A stretch of DNA of 64,000 nt from Utricularia gibba (Eukaryota; Plantae; Magnoliophyta), in NCBI GenBank assembly GCA_002189035.1, contig NEEC01000010.1:2480001-2544000 (forward strand). The letters are read 5' to 3'. Made by a program: the position numbers and the translations under genes. This document shows positions 60,003-64,000 of the stretch, piece after piece. A model generated the notes under the pieces. It worked only from the letters and a program-made list of their open reading frames with translations. It made no database searches and was not told the DNA's origin. How positions within the stretch are numbered: position 1 is the first letter of the stretch; every line of letters starts with the position of its first letter.

Positions 60003-62106
60003 TCAGGTCTGGCAAACGACAATAGACGAAAGCTCCTGATCAGCGGCTCCGATGATGCAGCCACAGGTCTGGCTTTTGACAGAGAACAAGTACTCGAGTG
60101 CTGTTTCAGTGATAACTTCTCCAGGGATGAGTACTGGGATCCCAGGAGGGTAAGGGCAAATGAGCTCCCCACAGATCTTTCCAATGCTGTCCTCTACGGC
60201 CAGTCTCCTCTTCTTCGCAAAAAACGCAACTCTTGGACTCAAATCCACTTGGAAATGATCAAAAGGCGAGAGTTTTGCAGTATGGCTGATTGAGTGATGA
60301 AGGGAAGTCTGAGACAGATGCTGCAGCCCAGAGACAAGTCTCAAAACATGCTCCCTCTTCGTCCCGAGTGTGAACACGAGCGTAAAAGATTGAGTTCCGA
60401 GGAGTTCACAGACAATCCCGAACTCCCTGGATAAGATATCATCAGCAGCAAAGCCAGAAAGACCAAGCTGAAAAGTACCAACTGTGAGTCGTAGAGGATC
60501 AATGGCAGGAAACTTGGGGAAGTCCGTAATGTTGATGAGTGAGATTCCGGGGATTTTGGAGATCATGCTCCTTGCTTCTTCAGCTAACGCCAACGCCTCA
60601 CCAAAGATGGTCTCTGATTTTTCGCTCAAATGCGCTCGAGCAGCATCGAGTGATGCTAGCAACAAATAGCTTGGGCTGCTGCTTTGGAGCATTTGAAGGG
60701 ACCTACAAATCCTCTCCCTGTCGACAAGATCACCAGAGAGATGCAACATTGAAGATTGAGTGAGGGAGCACAGCGTTTTGTGAGATGACTGCACAACAAT
60801 ATCAGCACCTTGAGCAAGAGCAGAAACTGGCAGCTGTGGGTGGAAGCCAAAGTGGGCACCATGTGCCTCATCGACTATCAATGGGACGTTATTATCATGA
60901 CAGAGCTTTGATATCTCACCAATGTCACTGCAAATGCCGTGATAGCTAGGTGAAACAACCAAAACAGCAGCTGCCTTTTTCCCTTCCATCTTTAAATCCT
61001 TCAATGCTTCCTCTACCTGTGAAACAATTGAGCTGAGTTACCAAAAGAAAGAATCCTCCAGCCAAAAGTTACGTCGACAGCAGGCATGAGAACAAGATTC
61101 TACTTGCCTGCAACGGCGTGATGCCAGCAGCTACATCCCACTTAGAATCATATTCAGGAACAATATACCTCGGCACCACTCCTGTTAGTACCATGGCAGA
61201 TATGGCAGACACATGAGCATTTCTTGGAAGAATAAGGGTATCTCCAGGAGAACAAGTGGACATAATTGCTGCCTGGATCCCACAGGTACTCCCACCTACA
61301 AGAAACCATGTTTCCGATGCTCCAAAAAGCTCTGCTGCGTATTTTTGTGCTTCGAGTATAGGACCTTCCGGAGCAAATAGATTGTCGAGCTCAGGAAGTT
61401 CAGGTAAGTCGTGCATAAAGGCTCGACCCCCAATAAGCTTTGTAAGTGAGGAAGGAGCTGCTTGGCCCCTGTTGTGTCCTGGGAAGTGAAAACTAGCTGC
61501 ATATTCTTCTGCAGAAGCTTTTAAAGCACCAACTAGTGGAGGAGGCCTACACTTTCTTCCAATGGAAGAATCATTCGGGATCAATCCTCCAGCTGTTCCT
61601 ATCTCCGATGACTTATCAGACACCTTCTGTTCTTGATTCCTTGATGCCGCTAACTCGACGTTCCCCTGTAAGTTCAACAACTGCCTCCAGTTACTCTTTT
61701 AAATTCAGCCCAAATTTATCTCCAAGCTCGCGATCATGTTTCTCGGCATAAAAAAAAAAAAAAAAAAACCTTCACAAGCTACGAATTTCAGCATTCTATT
61801 CACACAAAATCCATCCGAAACTACAACGAAATCTTCACCACAATACAGAGTCTAATGACGAACCTCATCCAGAAATAAGTTCTAGTGCAACCCAAATATT
61901 ACTAAAGAATATCCTCTTTACCGGTTTGCACCAACCAAAATCTTCACATACAGTAAGAAAACCAAAACCCACCTGGGAAATGCAAGCTTTTATGGGATTT
62001 CTCAGCATGATGCAGCTACCGCATACACTCAAGGCCACATTCTGCAAAACTCAAGCTCACTAGGTGAAATGAAATCAAAACAACACGAACAGAGAAGGCC
62101 TACCAT
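60003..62106 (-). CDS. PLP-dependent class I Orn/Lys/Arg decarboxylase-like protein (YaaO-like); exons approximately 62106-62104, 62041-61973, 61665-61108, 61016-60003
   Basis: SFHFPGHNRG, DLPELPELDNL, WFLVGGSTCGI, LPRNAHVS, SPSYHGI, VDEAHGAH, QSSHKT (PLP lysine), SSSPSYLLLASLD, YPPGIPVLIPGE. 5' end is uncertain. Confidence 0.9.
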
Positions 62107-62233
62107 ATCGAGATTAGCGGTTAACGACGTCGCTAATGATGAGTAAATCCGCGGCAGACAACCGTGGAGCAGAGGAAGTTCTTGATCGGCTCAAGTATTG
62201 CCCTCCATTTAAAAACGAGCACAGTTTGTTATG

Positions 62234-62282
62234 TGGGCCAATGAAGAAATTCTTGGCAGGCCCATATTTTTAATAAAGCCCA
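62234..62282. promoter_or_regulatory. Site II cluster in the short bidirectional promoter between the decarboxylase gene and PBA1
   Basis: TGGGCC 62234, GGCCCA 62259, AGCCCA 62277; the divergent ATGs are about 310 bp apart. Confidence 0.6.
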
Positions 62283-62414
62283 ATAAAACGGTGAGCTTTA
62301 GGAATTTTTAAAAGTTATGGGGGTTGATTGCAATTAAATTCCTGCTTCCGCTGCACGACACACCCGTATAAGCTACCTCCTCTTTCTCCCAAATTCTGCA
62401 GAAGAGTTTCAGCG

Positions 62415-63926
62415 ATGGACGAGGGTTATGGCCATCTCAGCGCCCCGCACTCCATGGGTACCACCATCATCGGCGTCACTTACGACGGCGGTGTTGTTCT
62501 CGGGGCCGACTCTCGTACAAGCACTGGTAAATTGAGATTCTGCATTTCAGTTTTCTCTACGCCAGGTTTCTCTCTGCCAGATCTGAATGTGAGTTTTTAG
62601 GGGTGTACGTGGCGAATAGGGCGTCTGATAAGATCACGGAGTTGACTGATAATGTCTACGTTTGTCGCTCTGGCTCGGTATGTTTCGATGGCAAAATCGT
62701 GTATTGGGCTGCTTCTGAAATTATCGAAAATTAGCTGTAATACGGGGGATTTTTAATTTATGGTTCTAGTAAGGATTTTTGCTTTTTCGCTACTCGCGTT
62801 TACAGCAGCTGTTGAGGGGTATTTGTGTTCATTGTCCTTAATCAGGCAGCCGACTCTCAAATTGTTTCCGACTATGTACGGTACTACCTCCATCAACACA
62901 CGTAAGTCAAAAAAGCATTTGTGTTTAATGCATATGTTTGTTTTCATGAGATGAAAGGGATTTTTCATCTCTTGGCCGTGTATGTCTTATAATTGCCCAG
63001 AATTATGGCACCCAGAATACTCTTCGCAGTAAAGCAAAGCCTTTCTGCACTGAATCGTTGTATCTTTACTTTGACATGTTGTGCAGAATACAGCTTGGCC
63101 AGCCTTCGACTGTCAAAGTCGCTGCCAATATTGTAAGATTGTTATCTTATAATAACAAGGTTAGTATACTTGGTTTTTCGCCTTTTTGTTTAAAACATTA
63201 GGCGCTCAGAAACTATACTTAAAGATGGTACTCCCCTGAACTGCAAAGCTTTCTAATTGATATTTCAGAACAATTTGCAAACTGGCCTTATTGTGGGTGG
63301 ATGGGATAAGTATGAAGGGGGTAAAATCTATGGCATACCCCTGGGAGGAACAATCATAGAACAGCCATTTGCTATTGGAGGTCCAGTTTTATTACTCTCG
63401 ATCCAGTTGCTTTTTTTTTTCTTGATTTTCCATTATTTCTGAAGTATCCCGTTAGTGGTGTGGTAATTGTTCCCTGTTATGAGAGCTGGTCGCATATCAT
63501 ATTGTAGACGCAAGACATGGAGATTGTGTTGCTCTTGCCAAGCTTCCTTACCTCCTAGATATATTCTCTATTGCATGTTTTCTTATAGTTATATGTTGAA
63601 GAAGTTGGTGATGGTGTTTTGAAAGTGTCTATAATGCAACTTTAAGGCAACGCTCAAGAAGTATTTCTTTTCACTTCCAGGGTCTGGTTCTAGCTATCTG
63701 TATGGCTTTTTTGACCAAGCATGGAAGGAAGGGATGACTCGAGAAGAAGCCGAGGTATCTGATAGTCATCAAGTCTCTCTACCGTCTTTAGGTTATTCTA
63801 TTTGTGAAGGCTGCCTCTCCACCTGGCTTCTCCTTGTCTTTTTGCCCTCAGGAACTAGTTGTGAAGGCAGTCTCCCTTGCCATTGCCCGGGATGGTGCCA
63901 GTGGTGGCGTTGTCCGAACCGTGACT
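62415..63926 (+). CDS. PBA1: 20S proteasome beta-1 subunit, partial (3' end beyond the window); 7 exons seen
   Basis: PHSMG|[22 protein letters not shown] (propeptide and catalytic Thr), [42 protein letters not shown]. Confidence 0.97.
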
Positions 63927-64000
63927 GTACGTTACCTTCTTACCTTTGACCCCTTTCACTTAAAATGCCTTGCTCCGGACAGGAAAATGTTATTCTAAGA

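Overview
Very gene-dense eudicot nuclear DNA: 26 recognisable protein-coding genes (about one per 2.5 kb, with short introns), one intron-containing tRNA-Tyr and one unassigned small ORF. In order: At3g11590-like coiled-coil gene, RPS17, divergent MRS2 Mg transporter, type I MADS, BIC1, HSFA3, HD2-type histone deacetylase, AHL, aspartic protease, ankyrin protein, internally deleted PP2A B', NFD4-like MFS, tRNA-Tyr, SAM methyltransferase, TAF8-like, MMgT/EMC5, TKI1, cyanase, DVL/RTFL peptide, SYT3-like, LOG, LOG2-like E3, pectate-lyase-like, NaKR-like HMA, orphan TM ORF, PEP-like KH, class I Orn/Lys/Arg decarboxylase-like, and PBA1 (runs off the end). No intact transposon, CRISPR array or prokaryotic island was seen. 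The most notable observations are: a PP2A B' gene with an in-frame deletion of roughly 140 aa that keeps the substrate pocket; an MRS2 whose GMN motif reads AEN; a U12 AT-AC intron followed by a 23-nt microexon in the HD2 gene; four GC-AG introns, two consecutive in the AHL gene; a G-quadruplex/hairpin island beside the tRNA; a hairpin-bearing tandem repeat after RPS17; and eight frameshifts in seven genes, each repaired by adding one G to a sense-strand G-run (most likely an assembly homopolymer artefact). All family assignments come from recalled motifs, not database searches. Exon boundaries were read by hand.
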